DNA of 63,603 nucleotides, filler included, from Octopus bimaculoides (taxonomy: Eukaryota), in the NCBI RefSeq assembly GCF_001194135.2. It is 7 parts of 6 records of this genome, joined end to end, with 100 filler letters (N's around TTAATTAATTAA, not from the genome) between each part and the next. Parts side by side here need not be neighbours in the genome. Positions count along the whole stretch, not along the records: positions 14,862 to 30,552 come from NC_068994.1; positions 30,653 to 44,435 come from NC_068987.1; 5 more parts are not named here. One strand, given 5' to 3'. Both the position numbers and the translations under genes were made by a program. This document shows, one piece after another, positions 25,131 to 37,916 of the stretch. The number at the start of each line of letters is the position of its first letter. The stretch's first letter is position 1. The notes beneath the pieces were generated by a model. It saw nothing but the letters and a program-made list of their open reading frames with translations, did not search any database and was not told where the DNA came from.

Positions 25131-26037
25131 ATCTATGTATATAGCGCAGGCGTAGCGATTTGGTTAAGAAGCTTGCTTCCCAATCTACCACATCGTCTTG
25201 GGTTCAGTCCCACTGTACGTTACCTTGGGCAAGTGTTTTCTACTATAACCCCAGGTCGACCAAAGTCTTGTGGATATATTTAGTTGGTGTGAACTGTGCG
25301 GATGCGCGTCGTATGTGTGTGTGTGTGTTTGGTTGTATTTGTCCACCACTAACTGCCTGACAACCATTGTCGGTTTGTTTACGTCCCTTAACCGCGGTTC
25401 AGCATAAGAAGCGTATAGAATAAGTACCAGACTTTATAGGAATAAGCACTGTNNNNNNNNNNNNNNNNNNNNNNNNNNNNNNNNNNNNNNNNNNNNNNNN
25501 NNNNNNNNNNNNNNNNNNNNNNNNNNNNNNNNNNNNNNNNNNNNNNNNNNNNNNNNNNNNNNNNNNNNNNNNNNNNNNNNNNNNNNNNNNNNNNNNNNNN
25601 NNNNNNNNNNNNNNNNNNNNNNNNNNNNNNNNNNNNNNNNNNNNNNNNNNNNNNNNNNNNNNNNNNNNNNNNNNNNNNNNNNNNNNNNNNNNNNNNNNNN
25701 NNNNNNNNNNNNNNNNNNNNNNNNNNNNNNNNNNNNNNNNNNNNNNNNNNNNNNNNNNNNNNNNNNNNNNNNNNNNNNNNNNNNNNNNNNNNNNNNNNNN
25801 NNNNNNNNNNNNNNNNNNNNNNNNNNNNNNNNNNNNNNNNNNNNNNNNNNNNNNNNNNNNNNNNNNNNNNNNNNNNNNNNNNNNNNNNNNNNNNNGGGGG
25901 GGGGGGGTCAATTTGTTCGATTAAACTGTTGAAGGTGGTGCCCCCAACATGGCCCACAGTCCAATGACACAAAGATAATAAAAATTATATAATCTTAATG
26001 TTTCATACAACGGAAATTACAATTCTGAAAACAACAA

Positions 26038-26071
<34 letters not shown>

Positions 26072-26630
26072 TTCCCAAAATTTTAATTTGTTTACATTTT
26101 TTTTTGTTTCTCCTTCCTTTTCCGTTTCCTTCCCAACACTTCCGTAACCTTTTCCTTCTTCCATGCAGTTTGAAATTTGTCTGAAATTCCACTACGATTT
26201 GTTGTTTAATCACAGATCAACTCCGATCAAGCAGCGCAGGCTTGTGGTCAAAGACTTTCCAACCGCGACTTTCTCGTCTTTTCCCTGCGTTATTCAGTGT
26301 ATTCTAATATACGGTTGTGATTAAATGTTATTTGGCTGCTATTTCTAACAAATCTACCTACCACTAGAGAGGCACCATCGACGGCTAAATAGGATTGTCA
26401 ATTGTTATGTCAATTTAGATCTGGTTTTCAACCATTTTTTTGTCTATGATCTTCTTTGATTCAATTGTGGTTGACTCTCATTCCGAGTGTTTAAAAATTA
26501 ATCATATATATACAGTAATCAATCTCTCGACTATCGCGTGTGTTATGTTCCCACCCCAACCCCCGCGATAAGCTTAAATAATAAACCGCGATATGGCGAT
26601 GGATTTATGCACTTTCAAAATTCCTATTTT

Positions 26631-26884
26631 GTTCGATATTTAAGAGATGAGGAATTATGTACATTATTTACAATATTTACATTTGACGGATATTTGTCCT
26701 CATCTTGTTTGTTGTTAACACGTTTTGGCTGATATACCCTCCAGCCTTCATCAGGTGTCTTGGGGAAATTTCGAACCTGGGTTCTCATTCCTAAGGTATT
26801 TTTCGATGTTGTTGTTGTTGTTATTATTATTATTCAGGTCACTGCCTGGAATCGAACTCGGAATCTTGGGGTTAGTAGCCCGCG
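26631..26884 (-). mobile_element. Same SINE family, 5'-truncated, with an inactivated hammerhead
   Basis: Reverse complement of most of 26908-27143. Lacks the A box; the ribozyme region reads CAGCC-AAAA-C-GTGTT (G12 to A, GTT lost). Confidence 0.85.
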
Positions 26885-26953
26885 GCATATGGCGTAATGG
26901 TTAAGAGCGCGGACTACTAACCCAAAGATTCTGAGTTCGATTCCAGACAGTGA

Positions 26954-27005
<52 letters not shown>

Positions 27006-27145
27006 CATCGAAAAATACCTTAGGAATGAGAACCCAGGTTCGAAATTTCCCCCAAGACACCTGATGAAGGCTGGAGGGTATATCAGCTGAAACGTTGTGT
27101 TAACAACAAACAAGATGAGGACAAATAACCGTCAAATGTAAATAA
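26884..27145 (+). mobile_element. tRNA-derived SINE with (AAT)n spacer and hammerhead-containing 3' region
   Basis: A box TGGCGTAATGG 26890-26900, B box GAGTTCGATTCC 26933-26944, (AAT)n, then a tail shared with the copies at 26631-26884 and 61545-61740. Confidence 0.85.
27056..27101 (+). ncRNA. Minimal type I hammerhead ribozyme inside a tRNA-headed SINE
   Basis: GACAC-CTGATGA-A-GGCTG-gagggtatat-CAGCT-GAAA-C-GTT-GTGTT. Intact CUGAUGA and GAAA cores, stem II GGCUG/CAGCU, palindromic ACGU stem III, GUU cleavage triplet, stem I GACAC/GUGUU. Folded by eye. Confidence 0.75.
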
Positions 27146-28519
27146 TCCTATTTTGTTTTTTGCACATTCACTTGTGTAGGCTGAATTATATAAACGCCAG
27201 AGAAAGAAACCTAACTTTTTCTTGCAACAGATACACCCGAAGTAACATATTTTTTTTCATGAGCCCTTAGATTACTATTGTGGATATTCAGTTTTGAGTG
27301 GACCCTCAAAAGTCTTTCATGGACTCCGATTAAAACCCACTGGTTTAGAGAATTATACTAATGTTCTAGGGACGGTGTATCTCGAAGCAAATAATAGTGT
27401 GTAGTTAGTGTTGAAAACCCATTGAATAGAAAAAGTTGAAGACTGCCCGTGGGACAAGAACCCACATCGGTAAACATGACAGGCGATCTACCATTGAACA
27501 AAGATGATTTGTCGTTTGTTTGACCCCCGCACCATCACATTATTCTTATTATTAACTACATTCTGAGTTCAAATCCCACCGAGAGCAACTTTATTTTTCA
27601 TCGTGTGTCGATAAAATAAATTACCAGTCCAGTACTCGGATCAATAAGTATCAACTGTAACCTTCACCCCCAAATTCCTGGATTTACCCCTAAGTAAATT
27701 GATGTGTATGCGTGTGGATGGATAGATAGATAGATATCCTACGTTGATTCTAAGTTGTACAACTTATCTTAATTGTGTGTGTGTGCACGTATCTATTTAA
27801 CTTAAGCGTGTCTATGCGTGTGTAAGTATATATGTATGTACATACTCATGCACACCACACCTACTGCGTGACACCTTAGGCAAGTTTCTTCTGCCAGTGT
27901 TCCGGGATGACCAAAGCCCGAGGCTACAGTAGAAGTGAATTTGATAGACGGAAACTATTGTGACATCGTGCTGTAATTGTAAATGAGCGTCACCGTTGTA
28001 CAGGATGTCGTTCGTTTTCAATCTTCCGTGAAAAACATGTCCGGCCAGAAGAAATATCACCTTGCTTAGAAACAAGCGAAAGTTGGTGGCAGAAAGGGCA
28101 CCCGGCCATAGAAAACCTGCTCCAATGAATTCCGTCTGGTCCATCAATGCAAGCATTGAAAAGTAGACGTTAATACGATGGTTTTACATAAATACATACC
28201 TATATGTAGTCTCGTCGCAGCGTCCCAAACCTGCATATCAACTATTCCGTTGTAAAAATAGATCTTGTAGCTGTTTAGCCCTGAGCTATTCCCGATCGAA
28301 CAGACCTATGGTGAAAGCTGTTCCATGCGTGACCATTCCATTGAATTTATTAATTTTTCTTTAAATTCAACCTATGCCCCCTACCTTTTTTTTCTTTCTT
28401 TTTAAACTGGTTGGATGTGATCTAATGGAATTTAGCTGCTGCTTCAACCAAATTGAAGAACCACATATATGGTCAATGCGAGATTACGATGTATGGCTGT
28501 ATGTATGTATGTTTCTTTT

Positions 28520-28879
28520 ACTCTCTTTTACTTGTTTCAGTCATTTGACTGCGGCCATGCTGGAGCACCGCCTTTAGTCGAGCAAATCGACCCCATGACT
28601 TATTCTTTGGATGCCTAGTACTTATTTTATCGTCCTTCTTTTGCAGAACTGCATCGATTGTCAAGCGATGTTGGAGGGACAAACACAGACACACAAACAT
28701 ATACACACACATACATATATACGACGGGCTTCTTTCAGTTTCCGTCTACCAAATCCACTCACAAGGCTTTGGTCGGCCCGAGGCTATAGTAGAAGACACT
28801 TGCCCAAGGTGCCACGCAGTGGGAATGAACCCGGAACCATGTGGTTGGTAAGCAAGCTACTTACCACACAGCCACTCAT
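28520..28879 (-). mobile_element. Family-B SINE, close relative of 22139-22530 with an internal deletion
   Basis: Shares the gggaatgaacc variant; lacks the ccgaaccgctaagttacggggacg segment. Confidence 0.88.
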
Positions 28880-30756
28880 GTGTTTTAATTCATTTTTTTT
28901 TTTCTATTTCTAATTAAACAGATGTGATTTTATTTCACATCTAACGTACATATATCTCATATATCTATACCAGTAGCCGTTTTAAGTTCGTTACTGGCAT
29001 GTCTATTCAGTTGGTCTATTATTGATTGATCAGTTGAGAAAAGCTGAACGACCTAAAAATATTAATGCGTTTTTCGTCTTTCGTCAGACCCATTCCTTGT
29101 TATATACCAGTATAACTGGAGCGCAACAAACATATTTACAATATAGGAAGGCGATGAACTATAATCTCGGATCCTGCCACATGAAAACTTGGAGTTCTTT
29201 GCTAATCTAAACAATATTGTTAGCCTGGTGTACCAACAGAGAGCTTATGAAGTATTCTACCGTGATTGATAATCCCTCACAAATTTACATCAGAACATAA
29301 ATGGATTAATACCTTTATGGCTTTTGGGCCACCCCTAAATATATGTGGATCAGTGCGGATGGTTCCTGGAACATTTTACATGTTTTTCATGTGTTTAGCA
29401 TGAGGAACACACATGGAGGAATATCTGGAGCATTTTGCAGATTTTAACTGTGCCATACATGCATGTATGTTCTTTGTTTCTGTTTTTAATTATTTGAATT
29501 CTTCGTCTGACGGAGGTACTGGTTTCTAACGAAGATAGGAAGTTCCATTGCTGGATTGTAGATATTACTAAAACAAATTCACATTTTTAGTCTTGTATAT
29601 TTTTACTGTTCCACATAGAGATTGTGATTTTTAAATGTGCGAATTTGCTGGTTGATTTCTTTCTCTGAAAAACCTTAGTTTATCCAGATTGTCGCTTAGG
29701 CATATTTACTTGCAAAAAAAGCCAAATGCACCAATTATTATTGGTATGACAGCGAATTTATAATCTAAGCATAAAAGCTGTATATATATATGCCTCAGTG
29801 TGTATGTATGTTGTGTGTGTAATTAAAATCAAAAGCTGTATATATGTGCCTCTGTGTGTATCTATGTTGTGTGTGTAATTAAAATACTTCAGGAAGTCTG
29901 TGTGTGTGTATCTGTAAGAAAGAGAGAAAGAGAAAGAAACAGACGTACAGAAATGCGGGCAAGCAGATATGCAACTGTTTACAATCATAATATAAATAGT
30001 CATATCTATCTCTCTTCCCCCCCTCTCTCTCTCTTTCTTCCTCCCTCCCTCATACTATCACCAGACGTCCACAGGTGCACCTATTTCTGGTGATTAGTGT
30101 TTATATTATTGATAAAAAAACCATTTTATTTATATACATGTGTACATACAAAAATAGCTCCACCTCTCTCTCTCCTCCGTGGTTTAATTATGCGTGTGTA
30201 CGTGCCTGACGCGGATGTTTCTCCTGTGTTTTTTTCTTTCTTTTTTTATTACCAACAGACAGTTATATGTAACCACAGTAACGCGGCTGTCCGGGACCTT
30301 GGCACAGTTATTTATTTATTTATTGTAGGTGGTTGGGGGTGGCGTAGAGGTGAAGGTGAATTAGGGTTTATATATCTAGTATACAATCGAAACTGCTATT
30401 GGCGATCGTTGTGTTTGTGTATCTCCTCTCTCCCTCTACAGATACATATGTCTGTATATATATATATATATATACCGGAGTAAGCACACAAATGTGCAAC
30501 AAGGTGGAAGAAAGAGAACTCAAATACCAGAGGTAGAGTAATATATATATATNNNNNNNNNNNNNNNNNNNNNNNNNNNNNNNNNNNNNNNNNNNNTTAA
30601 TTAATTAANNNNNNNNNNNNNNNNNNNNNNNNNNNNNNNNNNNNNNNNNNNNATGCGCTCCATTTGTCCGACTAAACCCTTCAAGTCGTCGCCCGTTGTC
30701 CACAGTCTAGCGATTGAAACAACTAAACGGCAAGATATAAAGACAAAAGACATATC

Positions 30757-30802
<46 letters not shown>

Positions 30803-30889
30803 TATAGATATATACATACATACGTACATACATACATACATACATACACACATATATAGAAACATACATACACACACATATATACATAC

Positions 30890-31207
30890 TACTAGTGGCA
30901 CTCCGTCTCTTAAGACGACGGTTCCAGTTGATACAATCAACGGAACAAGCTGCACGTGAAATTAAAGTGCATGTGGCTGAGCGCTCTACAGACACACGTA
31001 TCTTTAACGTAGTTCTCAGGAAGATTCAGTGTGACACAGAGTGTGACATGACTGGCCCTTTGAAATACAGGTGTAACTCATTTTTGCCAGCTGAGTGGAC
31101 TGGAGCAATGTGACTTAAATTGTCTTGCTCAAGGACACAACGCGTTGCCGGTAATTGAACTCACGACCTTACTACTGTTAGCCGAATACCCTAACCACTA
31201 AGCTACG
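30890..31207 (-). mobile_element. Family-C SINE
   Basis: Reverse-complement homologue of 17722-18082. Confidence 0.75.
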
Positions 31208-34116
31208 GTTATTCACATATATACATACACACATAGGCATAGTTATATAGATGTCACTTTAATAATAGACTCACCGAAGATTTATCTTTCGCTTAAAATG
31301 AATTTACACTCAGCATAATTTACCTTTCATTCCATTTTGTACTTCAACTTATTCCCCAATGACAAAATATCGATGATGAAGCGTAAAAATGGCAGAAGCT
31401 CAAAGACTCGAAATGCACTGATCAGTTTCGATGCATGCGTCAGTGTAACCAAAGATGCCCTCTCGCGTAATAAACAGATTTAAACAACGTAGTTTCTTTT
31501 TTCTTTCTTTCATATTCTAAGTCCCGTCCGATATTTAGTTGTTTCTGCATACCTTTTTGTAGAGCATTATTTAGTACAGTTTTGGCTCTGGCGCGGGAAG
31601 ACATACTGTTGATATATTTTAGTATTATTCAATAATTTGTATTTTGGGACCTATGTAAGCATCTTAATTAATTTAGGAGAAGAAACACAAAACATTACAA
31701 ATTCATCTCAAAAATACTAATGGTTTTAGGACAACTAGTACATGTAATAAATCTCCTTTTTAATGTTGCTTTGGATTTGGAATTACTGCACTCAAGAGTA
31801 TAAACAGATTATAGAATACTGAATATGTATGTTATATATTTTATATTTTATGCTTTCTTTCTTTAAATTCCTTTGTTTATAGCATTAAATATTCTCTTCT
31901 TGCTACTTAGTGATAGTATTTACTTTATATGCGAAATCATTTTGTCATATAAATCCTGCCAATAATGCTCTACGCATTTTCTTGAAGCTACATTACTCTC
32001 CATCAAACAATAAAGATGTTTAATTATTTTTTTTATACTGTACATGTAACCAGTGTATATTAGATAATTCTGTTTGGTTATGCATGACTATAAATCTTTA
32101 TCCCTTTGCATGTAGCATGTCGTCGTGAATTATATCCTCCTTAAGTTTTATCTGCATTTTTAAACGTCTCGTTTACTTTATTTAATACGACAATTCCTAC
32201 GAAGATAATCCTTATATTAGAAATCCGACAAATAATCACTACATTATTTGCTTCTTTATTCTAAGTATATTAATAACAATGTTCCATACAGGGATTTCAG
32301 TGGCTCCTTCATTTCACAAAGTATCGATAGTTGGTTAAATATACGCTTCTCACTTTTAGTTTTAAGGAACATAAATGCTGTGAAACGCATTGTAAAACAT
32401 CACAAATCAATATAGTTTTATTTTGACGGTATTGTATTTTGTTTGCATGGGTTTGTTCAGATCTCTTTAAACCTTCCTAGATGTAATGTCAGAAATCGTG
32501 ACGGCTGTACATCTTCACTAGTTGCGACCGACATATGCTCTTAGCAGTTTTGCATAAAGGAAAAACAAGAAAAAAGGAAACATACTTTCGACTTCCATCC
32601 CAAGTTATGACGCAATTCCTTTGGTAACATGGTATGGGTTATATAGAATTTGGATTTCTTTACGTCAATAGTTATAACATTTTCTGAGAATACCGCTTTT
32701 GTTGCAACATCTAATTCATTTGTGGAAGGGTTGGTTCTTCTGCTGGTGCTTTTAATCATTTGTCGGAGCCAGGAGATTGCAGAGGAAAAAAGGGAGAAAA
32801 TACTACTATGGCCCTTTTGTTTGTTGTATTAGAGAGCGGCATAAAGAGATATTGATTTATATTGCCTTCAAATTTTGGTACAAGGCCTGCAAGTTTGTGG
32901 AAGGAGTAAGTTGATTACATCGACTCCAGAGTTCAACTTATAGTTATTTTATCGACTCCGAAAGGATAAGTCGACCTTGACGGAATTTGAACTCAGAACC
33001 TAAGGCTGGACGAAATGTCGCTAAACATTTTGTCCAGCCTGCTAACAATTCTGTCAACTTGTCGCCCACAGAGATATTGAATTATTTTAAAGTCTGATAT
33101 GTTGTTCGAACGCTTGTAAACTGATTTCTGCTCTGCTAAAGATGACTAAATGTCAGCTAGTGAGGTACATATTTTATACATTCACTCTGTTACCGAGTAT
33201 CTTCCAGTACCCTCTCTAATATACTGTCATCAATGTCCTATCATGTAGAAAGCTTATCCATCAACGAGAGACAATTGGTCCACACATTAGGCCTTTGCAT
33301 GAGATTGTATGATTTTAATATATTGAGCCTCCTAGCCTCTTCTCCAGGCCATGTTATTTCCTGTTCCCTCTTTCCTTCGTTTATTTTATTTTACGCATTT
33401 GTATTCACTCTGATGAAGCTCCATGCAATAGACCGAATGTCATATGAAGATGACGAATATTATTTTCGTAATTATTTAGTAAGCACCGACAGACTTTGGA
33501 AGTAGAAACGGCCGTAACAATTCATCTGTCGTAGAAATATTATGTGATGTTATGTATTAAAAAAATAATCTATAGATGTGGTCCAATTTGTTTGTTAAGC
33601 AAAATCCTTCTCGATTTTCTGATTATTTAAATTTGATTTCTAATAAAATTTTGTCTATTATGTTGTTATTACCTGTACCCTGTCAGTATGGTGTGCCTGC
33701 ATACCCATGCCCGGGGATAGAACAGATAACTGATACCGATAGAAAATACGGATATTTTTATCCCTTCGTCGGGTACTATAACCGCTAACTCTATTTGCCT
33801 TTATATATATNNNNNNNNNNNNNNNNNNNNNNNNNNNNNNNNNNNNNNNNNNNNNNNNNNNNNNNNNNNNNNNNNNNNNNNNNNNNNNNNNNNNNNNNNN
33901 NNNNNNNNNNNNNNNNNNNNNNNNNNNNNNNATATATATATATATATATATATATATACGTCTATATATATACTTTTATCGATACTTATACATATATATA
34001 GTCATACTTATATTATATATTTACACTTATACTCAATAGTCATAACTATATACATATCCACTCACATGCAGACAAAAATATTTATATACACACAGGCATC
34101 TGTCTGTCTGTCTGTT

Positions 34117-34156
<40 letters not shown>

Positions 34157-34490
34157 AATCTGTGTGTAAGTGTGAGTGTGTCTACATATACATATACCTG
34201 TACAGAGACACGTACATAAAATATATATAATTACCACATTCGTTGTAATATAATTTTCAATATATTGATACAAAAAGCGGTATATTTTATTCTTTAAATA
34301 ACTATATACATTTTAAACATATATATATAATGTCTATGTATGCGCAAATTTATGTATTTTCAATGTTACGCAGACACTCCCACACACGTATGTACACACG
34401 TAAACGATTGAGTATATGCTTTGGAAAAAACAGCATGAATTGATCATGCCTTACAATACTCTAAAATATTTTTGAATACACTGGTGTGTG

Positions 34491-34540
<50 letters not shown>

Positions 34541-35787
34541 NNNNNNNNNNNNNNNNNNNNNNNNNNNNNNNNNNNNNNNNNNNNNNNNNNNNNNNNNNNN
34601 NNNNNNNNNNNNNNNNNNNNNNNNNNNNNNNNNNNNNNNNNNNNNNNNNNNNNNNNNNNNNNNNNNNNNNNNNNNNNNNNNNNNNNNNNNNNNNNNNNNN
34701 NNNNNNNNNNNNNNNNNNNNNNNNNNNNNNNNNNNNNNNNNNNNNNNNNNNNNNNNNNNNNNNNNNNNNNNNNNNNNNNNNNNNNNNNNNNNNNNNNNNN
34801 NNNNNNNNNNNNNNNNNNNNNNNNNNNNNNNNNNNNNNNNNNNNNNNNNNNNNNNNNNNNNNNNNNNNNNNNNNNNNNNNNNNNNNNNNNNNNNNNNNNN
34901 NNNNNNNNNNNNNNNNNNNNNNNNNNNNNNNNNNNNNNNNNNNNNNNNNNNNNNNNNNNNNNNNNNNNNNNNNNNNNNNNNNNNNNNNNNNNNNNNNNNN
35001 NNNNNNNNNNNNNNNNNNNNNNNNNNNNNNNNNNNNNNNNNNNNNNNNNNNNATATATATATATATACACACATAGATATTTGTATGTGTGTATGTGTAT
35101 GTGTGTGAATGTGTGTCTGTGTACACAGGTACGCACGCACATGTATATACATGCGCATAAAACTTTTACATAATCAGAAGATACGCTGTTAAATGTTTTT
35201 TCAATATATTGACTGAAATACTTGTATATTTTATTCTTTGATAACTATATATATATTTTTTTCTATAATGTTTAGAAAATACATGAATTAAAGACTACGT
35301 TATACACATTTATGTTCTTCTCACAAGCAATTCTTTATATAAATAGTTACTAAAACAACATGTCTACCGAATCACATCATATAATTTACTTGTATGATTG
35401 TCGGTTTCTTTGTTGAAATTTCTGTTTCAATCATTTTTCATATGCAATTCTTTAATGTTAATAACAGCGTTGTTGGTTGTAAGTTTTGAGCTTGATGTTA
35501 AATTCTCCTTTTATTTTCCAGTACTCCAAGGCATACAAAAGGAACAACATTTGACTCAACGGTCTCCAACACAGGCTTCGTGTCAACGTTAGAAGTATGC
35601 ATTTAGGGCAACAAGTCAACAGAATCATTAAATCGCTCTGTATTTATTTATTTAAGAATAGATATGGTCTGAGTTGAAATTTAACCCAAAGTTACATTTG
35701 CCTTTCATTTTTACGTTGTCGATGACATAGGGTAGCAGTCAAGTATCGGCTCCGATGTAATCGATTAACCATATTTCAAGCATTGTA

Positions 35788-36008
35788 GATGAGGGGATTC
35801 TGAAGAGGCCTCTGGCTTTAAGTGTATGGCGAAAAGGTTCGGTTGGAGACGCAAACTTCCGAGTTCTTTTACAAGGTTTGGAAAACTGAAACACCGCTGC
35901 AATAAGTGTGTGGATCTGAAAAGGAGAAAATGTTGAATAAAATCATAATTAACTTATCCTCCTATATTTTCTTTTACCCAAAGCCAGAGACTTTTCATCA
36001 CCTCTTTG
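35788..36008 (+). mobile_element. Diverged copy of the mariner-derived MITE
   Basis: accgctgcaataagtgtgtg...gttgaataaaatcataattaac shared with 16020-16080; degraded termini. Confidence 0.6.
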
Positions 36009-36688
36009 TACAGGCTAGAAATTTAGTGCGGTGGCACACAATGATTACAGATAACTTCTTATGCTGTCCTTATGTTGTGGTTTCAAATCCCGCAGATTTT
36101 GACTTAATATTTCATTGTATGAAAGTCAGTAGAATAAAGTACAAGTCACGTACTGAGGTCACTAATTTAAACTTCCCCCCTCTTATCAAAATTGCCGTCC
36201 TTGTACGAAAAGCAGAAACCCTCGTCGCCATCATGGTCATTATCATTATTATTCCAAACTTGTAGGGTATTGGTGTTTAAATAAATGTTAACGAGAATCT
36301 CTTGCAATAAACCTTTCAAATATTCTCCTTCATTTATGACTGTTTATGGCATCAGTATCATTTCATTTTAAGTATGTGTAGGTATATTTCATTTTCTCCA
36401 ATTTCAATATCTGGATCGAATTTTATGAAACAAGTGTTAGTTAATTTGGGTCTAGGCCCAATTGTCTTTTCTCTAATCATACACTTTTAATCTTGGATGA
36501 ATTAATTCCAATTAAATTTTTATTAGATTTTCTAGTATTGGTATTGTCACCTGTGAATCAACATAGCAAATATTTGTTGTCAATTTGAGCTGCACACATA
36601 ATGATATTTTGACCATATAGTCATACATAAATATATACGTCTCGAAATATACTTACATATATATGTGTGTATGTGTAAAGTTAAATGC

Positions 36689-36719
<31 letters not shown>

Positions 36720-37845
36720 CATACACATAGAACATACACAAATGCATACGCACATATATATGGTTTCATATAGTAAGAGAGAAAATGGAGAGTGAGTGAG
36801 AGAGAGCGAGAGGGTGGAGAAAGAGAGAAATGGTCAAGGGAGACAAACGGAGAGACTGAAAGACAAAGACAGAGACAAAGGCAAAAAGAAAAATATCAAA
36901 ATCAAATCACGTTTTGCTTTGAACTTTTACAAATAATCGTATTGATAAATATATCTAGTTTTACTGAAAAAAAAAAAACAGTATATGTATAATAAGCTAA
37001 AATATAATAAAATGATACAAGTTCTGTTAGAAAAGCAAGGAAACGTTTATCATAATGCATTTAGTTAAATCAAATAATGAAAATTAAAAATAAACAAAAC
37101 ACACACATACACACACAAGAGCTAATGTCTGGCTGTGCTTATTTAAGTGTCTATGAATTACATATAAAGATATTGATTTGGTAAATAATCCATTTATTAT
37201 TTTTGATATTTATGAAATTAATATTTTTATTAGTACAGTAAATATCATCATCGTCTCCACCATCACCAACATCATCATCATCATTATCATCATCAATATT
37301 AAATTATTTTAAACAATTTCTGGAAGCATTATTTGAATTTTGATTATTAATTATATAAAGAAAATTTCGAAAAAAAAACCAATTCAATATCAGCTTTAAT
37401 AATATGTGTACATATATTCGTTTACTCTTTCACTGTTATACTTCACTCAGTAATTAGAGTGCGGCTGTGCTGGGGCACCACCTAATATAAAATATGCAAC
37501 AAATAGTTTTATCTGACAATTATAAGCACTTCCTACACACAAACACATACATATACATATACATACATGCACACACACTTCTCCTCTCTCTCTATATATA
37601 TATCTCACACACATACACATATACATATCCCACTTTGATTGTTTGTGGACAGGAAATTATATTAATCAATGAAATTCCAACCTTGTCTGATTTTCACGTT
37701 TTAGTTTTCACAATTTCTATAATTTTACGACATTGAAAGTACTAGTTTATTTCAGTTATGTAAGGTTGTAAAAATTGTAAATAATAAAACGTGAAAATCA
37801 ACCTTCGTAGGAATTTCATTGATATATACATACATACATACATAA

Positions 37846-37882
<37 letters not shown>

Positions 37883-37916
37883 NNNNNNNNNNTATACATA
37901 TATATATATATATGTA

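Noticed and set aside
25896-25907. G12 run as a G-quadruplex element
   Set aside because: It abuts a gap and lies within a SINE, so its length is unreliable.
26884-26956. tRNA gene candidate
   Set aside because: A and B boxes are present, but the acceptor stem does not close and the sequence continues into a multi-copy SINE body.
29088-29210. Plus-strand acceptor followed by a 40-codon open frame
   Set aside because: No donor, no recognisable homology, and a short length expected by chance.
33410-33440. CTGATGAAGCTC...GACCGAATGTC hammerhead-like string
   Set aside because: Stem II does not pair fully and GAAA is broken; at most a dead relic.
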